From NCBI GenBank assembly GCA_964523195.1, contig CAZFYV010000002.1:1-34316 (forward strand): a DNA stretch of 34,316 bases, written 5' to 3'. The DNA is from an uncultured Pseudobdellovibrionaceae bacterium. GTDB lineage: Bacteria; Bdellovibrionota; Bdellovibrionia; Bdellovibrionales; JAGQZY01. Shown piece by piece: positions 8,187 to 16,121 of the stretch. A program made the translations under genes and the position numbers. Each line of letters opens with the position of its first letter. Position 1 is the first letter of the stretch. The notes under the pieces are model-generated. The model was not told the DNA's origin. It worked only from the letters and a program-made list of their open reading frames with translations, and searched no databases.

Positions 8187-9647
8187 TTGAGTAAACCAAG
8201 ACTAATTTCGATAGTTTTACCACCACTAGTTTTACTCGGTGAGGTTCTGTTTCAACTTTCTGGCGTATTAGATGTGCCTCAAGACCGAATGCTTACATTG
8301 TTAGTTTTAGCCTGGATGGTAATGTGGTGGGTTGTCGAAGTCGTTCCACTGGGAGTGACCGCACTCATTCCTATTATTATTCTGCCGGTTTTAGGTTTAA
8401 CCGAGTTAAAAACCGTCACTTCGGCCTACTCGAATCCGGTCATATATCTATTTTTGGGTGGTTTCATAATCGCGAGGGCCTTAGAGAAAACAAAACTTAA
8501 TGAAAGAATAGCTCTTCGAATTCTTTCAGTCACGGGACGATCGGATAGAGGTGTATTACTAGGATTCATTATTGCTACCGCATTTCTAAGTATGTGGATT
8601 AGTAATACTGCGACGACGGTCATGATGGTGCCCATCGCAATGTCTGTCGTACAGTTTTTGCGAAATAATGTAGAGAATCTTGATTCAAAAACATTGCGTG
8701 GTTTCCAAATTTCATTGTTTTTAGCAATAGCCTATTCAGCCAATATTGGTGGAGTAATGACTCCAGTTGGAACTCCACCAAATGTTGTTTTGCTGGGTTA
8801 TTTAGATGATCTTTATTCACAACAAGTCGATTTTTGGAAGTGGATGTTAATAGGGGTACCGGTTGGAGTTTCTGTAATTTCAATTATGTATTACCTTTTG
8901 ATACGTATCTTTCCGTTTGCAATAGAGATTGGTAAAGACTTCCAATCTTTCGTAAAAAAGAAATTAACCACTTTAGGTTCGATCGATTCTAAGCAAAAGT
9001 TAACGATAATCATTTTTGCTTCGGTTTGTGGTCTTTGGGTTTTTAAAGGGCTTATCCATTATATTTTTGGTGCAAAATTTTTGAACGACACTTCAATTGC
9101 ACTCTTTGGCGGTTTAGCCCTTTTCCTAATACCCTATAAGGATGTTAATTGGAGAAGAGTTTTAGATATTGATGATATTGGTTTCCTTCCTTGGAATATT
9201 GTTTTGCTTTTTGGCGGAGGAATGGCTATTGCTGGTGCACTCAATCAGGTGGGCTTAATTGATGTAGTCACTAGTGCTGTATCAGGAGGGGTCACTCCTG
9301 GATCCAGCGAAATGAATATATGGTTACTTACTCTTGGTTTAACTTGTGTTGCTTTATTTTTAACTGAAATCATGTCCAATGTTGCTTTGTGTGTTGTTGC
9401 GCTACCTGTAATTATGAAGTTGAGCGAGTCAGCTGGCCTTCACCCAATGGTTATAGGTATACCGGCGGCGATGGCATCCAGTTTCGCTTTTAGTTTGCCC
9501 ATATCCACACCTCCCAATGCAATTGTGTTCGGTACCAATGTTATTAAAGTTCGGGATATGATCAAAATAGGTCTTATTTTGAACTTTTTAGGACTGGCTG
9601 TAATTGTTACTCTTGGCTGGGCCATTATTAGATATATCTTTGGTTAA
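8187..9647 (+). CDS. DASS/SLC13 family anion:sodium symporter
   Basis: Polytopic membrane protein with the SNTATT motif and duplicated hairpin-type P(P/V)N motifs (GTPPNVV, STPPNAIVFG). TTG start 8 nt after the upstream stop, so probably co-transcribed with 7537..8178. Confidence 0.8.
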   Translation: MSKPRLISIVLPPLVLLGEVLFQLSGVLDVPQDRMLTLLVLAWMVMWWVVEVVPLGVTALIPIIILPVLGLTELKTVTSAYSNPVIYLFLGGFIIARALEKTKLNERIALRILSVTGRSDRGVLLGFIIATAFLSMWISNTATTVMMVPIAMSVVQFLRNNVENLDSKTLRGFQISLFLAIAYSANIGGVMTPVGTPPNVVLLGYLDDLYSQQVDFWKWMLIGVPVGVSVISIMYYLLIRIFPFAIEIGKDFQSFVKKKLTTLGSIDSKQKLTIIIFASVCGLWVFKGLIHYIFGAKFLNDTSIALFGGLALFLIPYKDVNWRRVLDIDDIGFLPWNIVLLFGGGMAIAGALNQVGLIDVVTSAVSGGVTPGSSEMNIWLLTLGLTCVALFLTEIMSNVALCVVALPVIMKLSESAGLHPMVIGIPAAMASSFAFSLPISTPPNAIVFGTNVIKVRDMIKIGLILNFLGLAVIVTLGWAIIRYIFG

Positions 9648-9795
9648 TTCGATAACTAGCGAATGACGCGATGAGGCCGCAAAGCTTGTCACTTTGGTCA
9701 AATATTCACTTAATTTAAGTCAGTTGAGACGCATTCTATTGTCATTAAAATTTCTTCCTATAGCCACGGATTGAGTCTGTGGTTCAGGGGGAAAA

Positions 9796-10659
9796 ATGAG
9801 AACATTTAAAAAGTTATTTCTTTTTGTAGTTAGCGTTTTATTTTTTGTGACAATGATGCCTCAGGATGGTTTTGGCGCGAGGTATACCGGTCGATTAGTC
9901 AAAGGCACTTGGAAAAAGTCGTGGGATCAAACTCTCAGAAAACAGCTTTTCTCCGTTCATAATCAAACATTTTTAAATCATTATGACTCAAAAATTGGGA
10001 AGATCTGCCCAAAATACAAAAAGAGTAAAAAAGTAAAAAAACTTTTCTGGCACCAACTCTTTGTATCTCTCGCTTGGAAGGAAAGTCTACACGGCCCTAA
10101 AAACTATGTTAATTTTCGTGGTGGAAAAAATATTGGTTTATATCAAATAAATCCAAAACTACGAAGGGCTTACGGATGTCCCAAGAAAGATTTAAAAAAT
10201 CCTTATACTAATATTCAATGCGCAGTAAAAATGGCTCGAAGATTAATACAAAGAGAAGGTGCTTTTCTTAAAGGAAAGAAAGGTGGAATGGCCGCCTACT
10301 GGCAACCACTAAGGGCAACATCTAAATTAAATAGACGAAACAGGAATATAATTCTAAATAGTGTAACTAAAGCATGTAAATCAGGAAGAGTTGCCTATCT
10401 TAGCACTAAACGAACGCCAGTCTATTTTGGTGGAGCATTTGGTTTTGATACTAGTTTTAACACCTCAGGTGACTTACATACCGAAGAGTTAAGTGTAGTT
10501 CTGTCTGACCATCCTGGTATGATTCAAGAGGAAGCAGCCCTTTCTGCCGATGATCATTTTGAAATTGAAACAGAAGATGATTTTATTCAGGTCGAACCAG
10601 CTATCTATCAAATTGAAGCTGATGATATCATCGAAGAAAATAAAACTCTGGATATCTAG
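9796..10659 (+). CDS. Secreted lytic-transglycosylase-like (SLT domain) protein with an acidic C-terminal tail
   Basis: Signal peptide. LAWKESLHG (candidate catalytic Glu-Ser) followed by GLYQINP resembles the family-1 LT motifs ES...GLMQ. The tail EIETEDDFIQVEPAIYQIEADDIIEE is highly acidic. Confidence 0.5.
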   Translation: MRTFKKLFLFVVSVLFFVTMMPQDGFGARYTGRLVKGTWKKSWDQTLRKQLFSVHNQTFLNHYDSKIGKICPKYKKSKKVKKLFWHQLFVSLAWKESLHGPKNYVNFRGGKNIGLYQINPKLRRAYGCPKKDLKNPYTNIQCAVKMARRLIQREGAFLKGKKGGMAAYWQPLRATSKLNRRNRNIILNSVTKACKSGRVAYLSTKRTPVYFGGAFGFDTSFNTSGDLHTEELSVVLSDHPGMIQEEAALSADDHFEIETEDDFIQVEPAIYQIEADDIIEENKTLDI

Positions 10660-10665
10660 ATAAAA

Positions 10666-10691
10666 AAGGGCCCATCTCTTTACGGGCCCTT
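10666..10691. terminator. Bidirectional terminator between convergent genes
   Basis: Stem AAGGGCCC (10666-10673) / GGGCCCTT (10684-10691). On the minus strand it is followed by a T-run, the complement of the A-run at 10662-10667. Confidence 0.6.
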
Positions 10692-10695
10692 ATTC

Positions 10696-11016
10696 TTACA
10701 TAAGTTTCTTGAGTTCTCCTTCTATATTATCTTTGGGTTGATTACCTACCAGCTGTGATTTGACCTCACCATCCTTAAAGAAATACATGGCTGGAATCCC
10801 TCTGACTCCATAGTTGGCAGCCAGGTCCTGATGTTTATCAACATCGACTTTGACAATACTGACTTGGTCCGAGAATTGGTTTTTCAATTCCTCAAGCTTA
10901 GGGGAAAGGGCTTGGCATGGGCCGCACCAATCAGCATAAAAATCGACGAGGACGGGCTTCGAGCTTTTTATCACTAAGCTGTCAAAATCTTCTTTTGATT
11001 CTATATAATTTGCCAT
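10696..11016 (-). CDS. trxA: Thioredoxin
   Basis: WCGPC active site and about 106 aa measured from MANYIESKE. AAAGGA RBS before the ATG at 11016. The longer track ORF overlaps the upstream SDR gene. Confidence 0.9.
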   Translation of the reverse strand: MANYIESKEDFDSLVIKSSKPVLVDFYADWCGPCQALSPKLEELKNQFSDQVSIVKVDVDKHQDLAANYGVRGIPAMYFFKDGEVKSQLVGNQPKDNIEGELKKLM

Positions 11017-11029
11017 TTCTAATCCTTTC

Positions 11030-11782
11030 TTAAAGCTGACTGAATCCACCGTCAGCGACAATTTCACTACCTAATAAATAGCTCGAGTCATCGCTTGCTA
11101 AAAACAAGGCTGCTTTTGCCATTTCTTCTGGTTTAGCGAACCTGCCAATTGGAGTTGAGGCCGTTATACCTTTTGCCATTTCGTCCAATTGATCTTGAGG
11201 TAATCCCATTTTACCGAATATTGGTGTTTCTACTGGTCCTGGAGACAAAGTATTTACACGAATTTTCCTACCCACGAGTTCTGCTGAAAGTGTCTTAGAT
11301 ATGAGTCTAAGAGCTGCTTTTGTAGCGCCATATACTGAAGCTCCAGGCATTCCCTTAGTGCTGACTCCAGAGGTAGTGAAAAACACCGAGGCTCCTTCGT
11401 TTAGGAGATTTGAAAACTTCTGAACAGCAAACAGGGTTCCTTTTACGTTTACATTAAAATGATTGTCAAAAAAGTCCTCTGTTATTGCCTCGAGTGGTGC
11501 AAAATGTGCGATTCCTGCATTTAGAAAAAGTACATCTATTTTAGAATACTTTTCCTCAACATAATTAGCGAAACTCTCTAACTCCGAAATTTTGGCGACA
11601 TTGGTTTTTACAATGTCGAACTGGTCTCCGTACTCAGTTTTCGCAACATTAAAGCTCTCATCGCTACTAGCGGTGATAATCACTGTGGCTCCCTGATCTT
11701 TGAAAAGTTTAGCCGTGGCTAAACCTATTCCAGAGTTTCCACCTGTGATGACTGCGACTTTGTTTTCTAATTTTAAGCTCAT
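11030..11782 (-). CDS. SDR family NAD(P)-dependent oxidoreductase
   Basis: TGGNSGIG cofactor motif, NAG, catalytic YGATKAA (YxxxK). ATG at 11782 with a GGAG RBS; the track start is a TTG 4 codons upstream. 13 nt separate it from trx, so they probably form an operon. Confidence 0.85.
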   Translation of the reverse strand: MSLKLENKVAVITGGNSGIGLATAKLFKDQGATVIITASSDESFNVAKTEYGDQFDIVKTNVAKISELESFANYVEEKYSKIDVLFLNAGIAHFAPLEAITEDFFDNHFNVNVKGTLFAVQKFSNLLNEGASVFFTTSGVSTKGMPGASVYGATKAALRLISKTLSAELVGRKIRVNTLSPGPVETPIFGKMGLPQDQLDEMAKGITASTPIGRFAKPEEMAKAALFLASDDSSYLLGSEIVADGGFSQL

Positions 11783-11803
11783 TTTTTTCTCCAAATATAA
11801 AAA

Positions 11804-11874
11804 GTTATTATTAAAGTAACAATATTTACCGTATTAAGTTACTTTTAAAGTAACATAAACAATGGAAATGTCAA
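11804..11874 (-). promoter_or_regulatory. Putative promoter and operators of the SDR-trx operon
   Basis: On the minus strand: TTGACA (11874-11869), 16 nt, TACTTT (11852-11847). The perfect palindrome GTTACTTTTAAAGTAAC (11838-11854) covers the -10. A second, degenerate copy GTTATTATTAAAGTAAC lies at 11804-11820. Confidence 0.45.
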
Positions 11875-11907
11875 CAGGTGGAGATCGAATTTTATAAACT
11901 ACTGTAA

Positions 11908-12279
11908 TTACTTGATTTTATCGACTTCAGACTCCCAGTTCTGGCCATCGAAGAAGACTATTTTTTGAGTTTTGGAGAGTTCATCGAAGTTATCGAAGCA
12001 TCGGAAGTTCACTGAATAGGAGTCTGGATGTGAACGGGGTATGTAGAGAGGAGAAACCCCACAGGTAGGGCAAAAATAATGATGAGCGGTTTTAGTATTA
12101 AATTGATAGTCACGTATGGATTCTTTTCCAGATAGAAATTTCACTTGATCTTTCTTAACGATCCAATGGAGGAATCCTTTTTTAGTACATATTGAGCAAT
12201 TGCATTGAATCACATGTTCAGGAGTCGATTTAACTTCGACGCTTATTTCACGACAATGACAAGATGCTTTATAAGACAT
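11908..12279 (-). CDS. GFA family protein (glutathione-dependent formaldehyde-activating / CENP-V-like zinc protein)
   Basis: The Cys pattern CHC...CNCSIC...FCPTCG is typical of PF04828. AAGGAA RBS. Confidence 0.8.
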   Translation of the reverse strand: MSYKASCHCREISVEVKSTPEHVIQCNCSICTKKGFLHWIVKKDQVKFLSGKESIRDYQFNTKTAHHYFCPTCGVSPLYIPRSHPDSYSVNFRCFDNFDELSKTQKIVFFDGQNWESEVDKIK

Positions 12280-12374
12280 GTGAATTCCTTAGTACAGACC
12301 TGTAAATTGGTGTTTAATTAATTAAGGGTAGTTTAAATAAATAAAACGTCGATGCAATAGTCTGTGGAGTAGTA

Positions 12375-13319
12375 ATGATTAATCTTCCGTTCGATATAGA
12401 AAAAACTATTTTAATCAATAAGCCAAGCTCCGAAGTATTCAGTTATATAGCAAATTTTGAAAATTGGCCGAGTTGGTCTCCATGGTTAAGACAAGAGCCC
12501 GAATGTTCCTTTAGAGTTAAGAATCCCGCTGGAAAAGTGAACCACAGGCAGGAGTGGGAAGGTAAATATATCGGCTCTGGTACGATGGAGATCGAGTCTA
12601 TAAAACCCGGAGAAGCGATCTATTATGATTTACATTTTATGAAGCCTTGGAAGAGTCAAAGTAAAGTTAGTTTTGAGCTTTCAAAAAAGGATGCAGACAC
12701 TTTGGTAACATGGACTATGAAGGGTTCCATACCAGTTTTTCTATTTTTTATGAAGAGAATGATGTCAGCTCTGGTTGGAAGTGATTATAAGCGTGGTCTG
12801 GCTATGCTTAAGGAGCGCCTTGAAGAAGGGGAAGTCCACTCGAAAGTAGTAAGAGTTGGTAAGGTAGATCAAAATTCATTTCATTATATTGGTTTAGAAA
12901 ACACATGTGAGATTGAGAACATTGGTCCGACTATGGAGTCTGACTTTCAAAGATTAACACAGTTTAGAGATTCGAAAGACATAGACAAAAATCATTCTAC
13001 ATTTTGCATCTATCATGATTTTGACTTTGTAAAAGAAAAGGCGAGATATTCTGTTTGTTTTGGTTACGAAAAAGAATTGGATATTGAGCCAGAAGGTGAC
13101 GTTTATATCGGTGAACTGCCCAACCATAAGGCTCTTCAATACAATCATATCGGCGCTTATAAACATCTTCAAAACGCTTGGTCGGCGGTAATGGGTAGCG
13201 CGAGAGTCGATAAGTTAAAGACTTCTAAAGATCTAAAGCCCTATGAGATCTACTCCAATGATCCTAGGGAAGTTGCAGAATCTGAAATAAAAACTGAGAT
13301 TTATGTTCCTTTAAGGTAG
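12375..13319 (+). CDS. SRPBCC (polyketide-cyclase-like) domain fused to a GyrI-like small-molecule-binding domain
   Basis: The N-half has the IANFENWPSWSPW motif of SRPBCC proteins. The C-half, about 150 aa (HYIGL...YHDFD...IYVPL), resembles GyrI-like/AraC-effector-binding domains. Confidence 0.65.
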   Translation: MINLPFDIEKTILINKPSSEVFSYIANFENWPSWSPWLRQEPECSFRVKNPAGKVNHRQEWEGKYIGSGTMEIESIKPGEAIYYDLHFMKPWKSQSKVSFELSKKDADTLVTWTMKGSIPVFLFFMKRMMSALVGSDYKRGLAMLKERLEEGEVHSKVVRVGKVDQNSFHYIGLENTCEIENIGPTMESDFQRLTQFRDSKDIDKNHSTFCIYHDFDFVKEKARYSVCFGYEKELDIEPEGDVYIGELPNHKALQYNHIGAYKHLQNAWSAVMGSARVDKLKTSKDLKPYEIYSNDPREVAESEIKTEIYVPLR

Positions 13320-13347
13320 GTGATTTAGTTGTCTCTGAGGGTGTCTA

Positions 13348-13382
13348 TTGACAAATCCCTTTAATGTTACTATAATTGTAAC
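13348..13382 (+). promoter_or_regulatory. Consensus sigma-70 promoter with an overlapping palindromic operator for the Rrf2 gene
   Basis: TTGACA (13348-13353), 17 nt, TATAAT (13371-13376). The palindrome GTTACTATAATTGTAAC (13366-13382) encloses the -10. The ATG lies at 13385. Confidence 0.6.
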
Positions 13383-13384
13383 TA

Positions 13385-13813
13385 ATGACGAAGAGTAGGA
13401 ATCTTACAACAGCTATACATATACTTACGGTTTTAGGTTTTGCTGATAAAAATCAGTTCGATACCAAAATCACAAGTGACTATTTGGCAACGAGTATTCA
13501 GACGAATGCGGGTTTAGTCCGAAGAGTTATGTCTAAGTTATCCAAGGCTGGGTTGATAGTTTCTCAAAAAGGTAAAAATGGTGGAACAGAACTCGCTAAG
13601 GAAATGTCGAAAATCAATTTAAAAGAAATTTATGAAGCAGTAGAAGACGGCGAGATTTTTAAAACTTCTAATAAGGATCCTATGAAGGATTGTCCTATCA
13701 GTTGTCAGTTAAGCAATATTTTAGAAGGCGTTTATGATGATGTTGAGGATTCGGTAAAGAAACACTTAGAATCAATTAGTCTTTGTGATGTTGTAAATAG
13801 AGTTGAAACTTAG
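13385..13813 (+). CDS. Rrf2 family transcriptional regulator
   Basis: Winged-helix N-terminus (LTTAIHILTVLGF...ITSDYLATSIQTNAGLVRRVMSKLSKAGLIVSQKGKNGG) and about 140 aa. Cys103, Cys107 and Cys134 are present, not the CX5CX5C cluster motif of IscR/NsrR. Confidence 0.8.
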   Translation: MTKSRNLTTAIHILTVLGFADKNQFDTKITSDYLATSIQTNAGLVRRVMSKLSKAGLIVSQKGKNGGTELAKEMSKINLKEIYEAVEDGEIFKTSNKDPMKDCPISCQLSNILEGVYDDVEDSVKKHLESISLCDVVNRVET

Positions 13814-14160
13814 ATACTAATCCCCAATTTCTCCAAAATTTTCAAGTAAACCAAATAAGTTAGTCCAGTAAGCGCACAAGAGCCGATCAGCGAAACCCAG
13901 AAATTTATTCCAAACTTCAAAAACATCGGAAGAAGCACAAAAAAGACTAATGAAGGAATTATGACCCAAAGAATTCCATAGGATAGATCAGCGACCCTAC
14001 TGATTTCTTTAGACTCGATATATACCCATGCAATTGATATTATAGAAACGAGGGGTAACGATGCGATCAAGCTAGCCCAGAGGTTTGAAAATTTGGAACT
14101 TTCAGTCACTGCAACTATAATAATCGCACTAATAAGAATTTTCGTAATATAAAGCCCCAT
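13810..14160 (-). CDS. DUF3147 family small membrane protein
   Basis: Four TM helices. ALISAIIIVAVTE...ASLPLVSIISIAWVY resembles DUF3147. AGGAAA RBS. Confidence 0.6.
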   Translation of the reverse strand: MGLYITKILISAIIIVAVTESSKFSNLWASLIASLPLVSIISIAWVYIESKEISRVADLSYGILWVIIPSLVFFVLLPMFLKFGINFWVSLIGSCALTGLTYLVYLKILEKLGISI

Positions 14161-14268
14161 TTAATTTCCTATAAAAAAGTGTGATTTCTAATCATTGGGT
14201 TCTTGTGATTAAATGATTTCTGAGACTGAACTAAAAGTCAAAAAAATGTATATCCTGGAGAATTTTAA

Positions 14269-14784
14269 ATGAAACAGTCAGTTGTGGTCTCTCGATTAGA
14301 TCTCACAGATTTGAAGTCACTGTACGAATGTCGTTTGAGAGCTCTTAAAAACTCCCCAACAGCTTTTCTTACGACCTACGAAGAAACTCAAGAGAATGGT
14401 TTTGAAGCATTTGCAGAGAGATTTAAAGCTAATGATGATTCGAATTCGGTTTATGTGGGTAAAGATGGTGATCAAATAGTTGCTATGGCCGGCATTCATC
14501 AACAGTCTCGTCCTAAGCTAAAGCATAAGGCATATATTTGGGGCGTATACGTTGATAAAAGTTACAGAGGTCAAGGGTTGGGAACTCAGTTGATCGAACA
14601 GCTTGTTGTTCATGCTAGAGAGAAGATGACAGTGACATCAGTCTATTTATCGGTTGAAGAGACAAATTCTAGCGCAAAGAAACTTTATGAAAGATTAGGA
14701 TTTAGAGTTTGGGGAACAGAGCCCAGGGCGATGTATGACGCCAAAAATTACTATGACGAAACTCATCTCGTGCTACATTTATAA
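14269..14784 (+). CDS. GNAT family N-acetyltransferase
   Basis: Acetyl-CoA motif RGQGLGTQLIE and the C-terminal A..LYERLGF motif. Confidence 0.8.
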   Translation: MKQSVVVSRLDLTDLKSLYECRLRALKNSPTAFLTTYEETQENGFEAFAERFKANDDSNSVYVGKDGDQIVAMAGIHQQSRPKLKHKAYIWGVYVDKSYRGQGLGTQLIEQLVVHAREKMTVTSVYLSVEETNSSAKKLYERLGFRVWGTEPRAMYDAKNYYDETHLVLHL

Positions 14785-14829
14785 TTCCTAGCTCTTGCTA
14801 AAGTTATTTTTTTTGAGTAGACATTCTTT

Positions 14830-15150
14830 ATGGGTTTTATTCGCTACTTGATAATAGCTATTTTGATATTCTTTTTTATTTCAAGACTAAGAAAGATGTT
14901 TGCTGTTATGAAGTCCAGAGAGGGGTTTGACTCCAGAGATGAGGCTAGAAAAGAGTTTCAGGACTCACCCTACGAAATTTTAGAGGTTGATCGATCTGCG
15001 ACACAAGAAGATATTCGGATCGCTTATAAAAAACTTATGAATCAATATCACCCCGATAAGGTCAACCATTTGGGTCCTGAGCTCCAGAAGGTCGCACGAG
15101 AGAAAACTGAGCTCATCAATTGGGCTTTTGAGCAACTTGAAAAAAAGTAG
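14830..15150 (+). CDS. Membrane-anchored J-domain protein (DnaJ-like co-chaperone)
   Basis: N-terminal TM helix, then the J domain SPYEILEVDRSATQEDIRIAYKKLMNQYHPDK with the HPD tripeptide. Confidence 0.8.
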   Translation: MGFIRYLIIAILIFFFISRLRKMFAVMKSREGFDSRDEARKEFQDSPYEILEVDRSATQEDIRIAYKKLMNQYHPDKVNHLGPELQKVAREKTELINWAFEQLEKK

Positions 15151-15996
15151 CTAAAACAAATCCCAGAATTTTTGTGAAACTTGTCCATACTCTCCTTTTA
15201 GCCGAGCGATGTAAACAGGGACCTGTAGTGGTTTTTCGATTTGGGTGAGATGGATGAGACTACCTTTATTGATTTCTCTATCCACTTCGTGGTGAGGAAG
15301 TCTCCCCCAGCCTAGGCCTGATAGAATGAGTTCCTTTTTAGTATTTAAATCTCCTACTGTCCACCTTCGAGACTCTTGAAAAACTCCGGCTTGATCATCA
15401 TCGGGTATGGTACTTCTTTGAATAATCTGTGGATATTTGAAGAGCTCATCTTTTTTAAGGGATTTAAGAAATGGGTGGTTCTTTGCTATTACTAGATTCA
15501 TTTCAATTTCATCAATTTTTTTACATTGATACCCTTTGGGCCTTTCCGACTTTTCAATTATTGCAATATCGACCATCTTTTGAAGTAACATTCTCTCACC
15601 ACTAAGTATTTCTCGGTGAAATATGATTTCTGTGTTGGGAAATTCATTTTGTATAGAGCTTACTTTTTTAGTGATTTTTTTTAGAGAATAGAGAGCTGTC
15701 GAACTAATACAAAGTTGTGCTTCGACCCCTTTTGCAATCTGATGAATTTGATCTTTGAGGTCTCTAGTTTGTTCCAAAAGTACTTTTGCTTTCTTGAGAA
15801 ATTGTGTTCCTTTTGGTGTAAGCTTCCCTCGGTAGGCCTCTGTGTCGACAATTTTGAATCCTACTTGTTCTTCTAGGTTTTTAATTGCGTAGTGAACAGC
15901 TGATTTTGCACGATTTAGCCTTTCGGCCGCGCCGGTTATGCTTCCTTCGATATTAACCGCTTCTAGGCACTCTAGCTGGTCCAAAGTGATCCACAT
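15151..15996 (-). CDS. LysR family transcriptional regulator
   Basis: The HTH LDQLECLEAVNIEGSITGAAERLNRAKSAVHYAIKNLEEQVG plus a LysR substrate-binding domain. ATG at 15996 with an AGGAGA RBS; the track ORF adds 7 upstream codons. Confidence 0.85.
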   Translation of the reverse strand: MWITLDQLECLEAVNIEGSITGAAERLNRAKSAVHYAIKNLEEQVGFKIVDTEAYRGKLTPKGTQFLKKAKVLLEQTRDLKDQIHQIAKGVEAQLCISSTALYSLKKITKKVSSIQNEFPNTEIIFHREILSGERMLLQKMVDIAIIEKSERPKGYQCKKIDEIEMNLVIAKNHPFLKSLKKDELFKYPQIIQRSTIPDDDQAGVFQESRRWTVGDLNTKKELILSGLGWGRLPHHEVDREINKGSLIHLTQIEKPLQVPVYIARLKGEYGQVSQKFWDLF

Positions 15997-16027
15997 AATG
16001 TTCTCCTTTTTGAACAAGATGTACGAG

Positions 16028-16053
16028 TATATGTTCTTTTATTAAAACATATA
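16028..16053. promoter_or_regulatory. Candidate LysR box in the divergent lysR/yceI intergenic region
   Basis: Inverted repeat TATATGTT (16028-16035) - N10 - AACATATA (16046-16053), which contains a T-N11-A type core. Confidence 0.4.
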
Positions 16054-16121
16054 TTGAGGCAGAATAAAGGGGAAATTTAAGTTTAATACAATAATTACAT
16101 ATATTTATATAAGGAGAAATC

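Noticed and set aside
9648-9795. A 148-nt leader upstream of the SLT-like gene containing the small hairpin CCACGGATTGAGTCTGTGG, considered as a riboswitch or attenuator.
   Set aside because: I could not match it to any riboswitch consensus, and the structure is short with a G-U pair. The evidence is insufficient.
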